From NCBI GenBank assembly GCA_963806225.1, contig CAWDXG010000004.1:2016001-2080000 (forward strand): a DNA stretch of 64,000 nucleotides. Direction: 5' to 3'. The translations under genes were made by a program, and so were the position numbers. Below are positions 61,894-64,000 of the stretch, one piece after another. The notes below the pieces were generated by a model that was not told the origin of the DNA, did not search any database, and saw only the letters and a list, made by a program, of their open reading frames with translations. The DNA is from an uncultured delta proteobacterium (lineage in GTDB: Bacteria; Myxococcota_A; Polyangia; Polyangiales; Polyangiaceae). Position 1 is the first letter of the stretch; every line of letters begins with the position of its first letter.

Positions 61894-62994
61894 GTGGCCA
61901 ACACGCCAACCTACTGGGACTATCTGGGACTGGACCGGCTGCTCTCCCTGCAGGGCGGGCTGGAAGGCGACGAGAAGCAGCTCATGCCGGACGAGCTGCA
62001 CTTCATCATCGTGCACCAGGCTTTCGAGCTGTGGTTCAAGCTGACGCTGCGCGAGCTCAGGCTCGCGCGCGACCATCTCGCCGCGCCACGCGTGCCCGAA
62101 GAGCGCATCCCCTACGTGGTGCATCACCTGGGCCGCGTGAGCGAGATCCTCAAGCTCGCCGTCGAGCATTTCCGCGTCATGGAAACGCTCACGCCCCAGG
62201 ACTTCCTCGCCTTTCGCGACAAGCTGATCCCAGCGAGCGGCTTCCAGTCCTTCCAGATGCGCGAGCTGGAGATCGTGCTGGGCCTGGAGGACGAGCAGCG
62301 GCTCGACTACGCGGGCAGCGACCCGCTGTCGCACATCGAGAAGCTGGCCGCGGGCTCCCCCGCCGGCGAGCTCGCCTGGCGCCACATCCAGAGCGCACGC
62401 AGCGAGCAGAACCTGCGCGCGGCGCTGCACACCTGGCTGTACCGGACGCCCGTGCAGGGCTCGAGCCCCGGCGATCCGGGCGACGCCGAGGTGGTGACGG
62501 GCTTCCTCGAAAGCTACTTCGCGAGCATGCAGGCGCAGAACCGCAACAAGGCCGCTCGGCTGGCGCAAACCCTGGGCTCGGACAAGGCGCGCATCGAGGC
62601 GCAGCTCGCCGAGGGCGAGGCGCGTGCGAAGAGCTTCCTGTTCGCGGAGGATGTGCCGGAAGCGGATCGCGAGCGAGTGCGCCGCGTGCGGGCTGGCGTC
62701 CTGTTCATCGAGTCGTACCGCGAGCTGCCGCTGCTCGCCTGGCCGCGGCTCCTGCTCGACACGGTGGTGGAGGTAGACGAAGAGCTCGTGATCTGGCGCT
62801 CGCGCCACGCGCGCATGGTCGAGCGCATCATCGGCCGGCGCGTGGGCACCGGGGGCTCGTCAGGCGTCGACTACCTCGACCAGACCGCGCGCTACCGCAT
62901 CTTCGACGAGCTCTGGGCGGTGCGCACCATCCTCCTACCGAAAGATGCGCTCCCGGGGCTGGAGCACCCCGAGGTCTACGGCTTCGCGCGCTAG
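61894..62994 (+). CDS. kynA: Tryptophan 2,3-dioxygenase
   Basis: YWDYLGLDRLLSLQ, DELHFIIVHQAFELWFK, ASGFQSFQMRELE, VERIIG, GTGGSSGVDYL. Confidence 0.92.
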   Translation: MANTPTYWDYLGLDRLLSLQGGLEGDEKQLMPDELHFIIVHQAFELWFKLTLRELRLARDHLAAPRVPEERIPYVVHHLGRVSEILKLAVEHFRVMETLTPQDFLAFRDKLIPASGFQSFQMRELEIVLGLEDEQRLDYAGSDPLSHIEKLAAGSPAGELAWRHIQSARSEQNLRAALHTWLYRTPVQGSSPGDPGDAEVVTGFLESYFASMQAQNRNKAARLAQTLGSDKARIEAQLAEGEARAKSFLFAEDVPEADRERVRRVRAGVLFIESYRELPLLAWPRLLLDTVVEVDEELVIWRSRHARMVERIIGRRVGTGGSSGVDYLDQTARYRIFDELWAVRTILLPKDALPGLEHPEVYGFAR

Positions 62995-63040
62995 CGCGAG
63001 CGACCGAGGGGCAATGCCCCCCGGTCATCCGATGCCGCCA

Positions 63041-64000
63041 CTAGGCCGGCCCGAGCTTGGTGCAGTCGAGCAGGATCTGGATCTTGCCGTTCTTGTCGTT
63101 CTGGACCGTGGTGCACGTGGACGGACAGAGCGTGATCTTGGTCGGGTTGGTCGGGTTGTCGTAGTAGAAGCCGCCCGCCGCCGTACACGCTGACTGGTCC
63201 TTGACGTACTTCAGGCTCTGCTTCTGTCCGGAGCCGCTCGTGAAGCTCATGATGATGGAATCCGGGTTGACGGTGCCGGCATCCGTGGTCGGCATCTGGA
63301 AGTCGCACGAGAGGATCTGCCCGGCGATGTTCTGCAAGGCGGCCACGAACTTGGCCGGACTGGACGCGTCGAACGCCGTCTTCGTTCCGCCGGCAGCCGC
63401 GACAGCATTGAGGAACGAGGTCGTCGCGCCCGGCATGCCCATCGTGAACGTCAACACGGACGGGGAGCCGGAGTAGGCGCTTGCCGCGATGTTGGCGAGG
63501 GAGTTCGTGCCAGTGGTGCACTGGGTGGGATCGCCGTCGGTAACCAGCAGGCCCACGCATTTCTCCTGCGGATGCGATTGCTCGTAGGACTTGCAGAACT
63601 GGGTCAGACCGCGCAGCGCGCCCTCGGTCGGTGTCAATCCGCCCGGGCTGGTCGAGCTCAACGAGCTCGTGATGGCCGACGCATTGCCGGGCAGCGCCGC
63701 CAGCGGAACCGCCGGCGTGTTGTAGCCGGTCCCGTTGCAGCTTCCCGAGCCCGGGAAGTACTGCAATGCGACCTTGATGCCCGCCGAGGCCTTGTCGTTG
63801 ACGAACTGGGTGATGCCCTGCGTGGCGTACTGCCACTTGGTCGGATTGTACTGCGTGCTGCCCATGCTGCCTGACTTGTCCAGCATGATGTACATGGCCA
63901 CCGGAATGCGGTCCGCGCTGGCCTGGAGGTTGGCGCACGCCGCGTCCGGATTCAGTCCGCCGCCGCTGCCCCCGCCGAGACCGCCGAAGTTGCCGCCGCC
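63041..64000 (-). CDS. vWA-domain protein (5' part outside the window)
   Basis: LDKSGSM MIDAS, TPT, LVTDGDP, YYDNPTNPTKITLCPSTC. Confidence 0.85.
   Translation of the reverse strand, partial: GGGNFGGLGGGSGGGLNPDAACANLQASADRIPVAMYIMLDKSGSMGSTQYNPTKWQYATQGITQFVNDKASAGIKVALQYFPGSGSCNGTGYNTPAVPLAALPGNASAITSSLSSTSPGGLTPTEGALRGLTQFCKSYEQSHPQEKCVGLLVTDGDPTQCTTGTNSLANIAASAYSGSPSVLTFTMGMPGATTSFLNAVAAAGGTKTAFDASSPAKFVAALQNIAGQILSCDFQMPTTDAGTVNPDSIIMSFTSGSGQKQSLKYVKDQSACTAAGGFYYDNPTNPTKITLCPSTCTTVQNDKNGKIQILLDCTKLGPA

Overview
A very GC-rich window from a myxobacterium (Myxococcota, probably Polyangiales). The evidence is three MYXO-CTERM-tailed proteins, two DUF2378-type proteins, many Gly/Ser-linker Cys-rich lipoproteins and a TonB-C/TBDR fusion. 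The flanks (1-16 kb, 46.5-64 kb) are mostly ordinary metabolic and envelope genes. Two accessory zones stand out. (1) 17.8-20.6 kb: the 3' end of an acyl-CoA carboxylase beta gene recurs as 150-bp and 57-bp diverged direct repeats, each closing a cargo unit (a lipoprotein; an addiction-module/ParE TA pair). The 150-bp copy is bracketed by an inverted pair of REP-like elements, and no integrase is nearby. (2) 27.7-46.4 kb: an island with a TA module at each end. It holds a very large secreted trypsin-like/TSP3-repeat protein with a His-rich tip, translationally coupled to a lipoprotein, then several orphan variant modules of both partners in a layout like Rhs/CDI orphan arrays. A pair of direct-repeat IS copies enclosing a two-component system interrupts it. 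Many single-base frameshifts occur, some probably assembly errors. No rRNA, tRNA or CRISPR array was seen. All calls come from reading motifs by eye, with no database searches.
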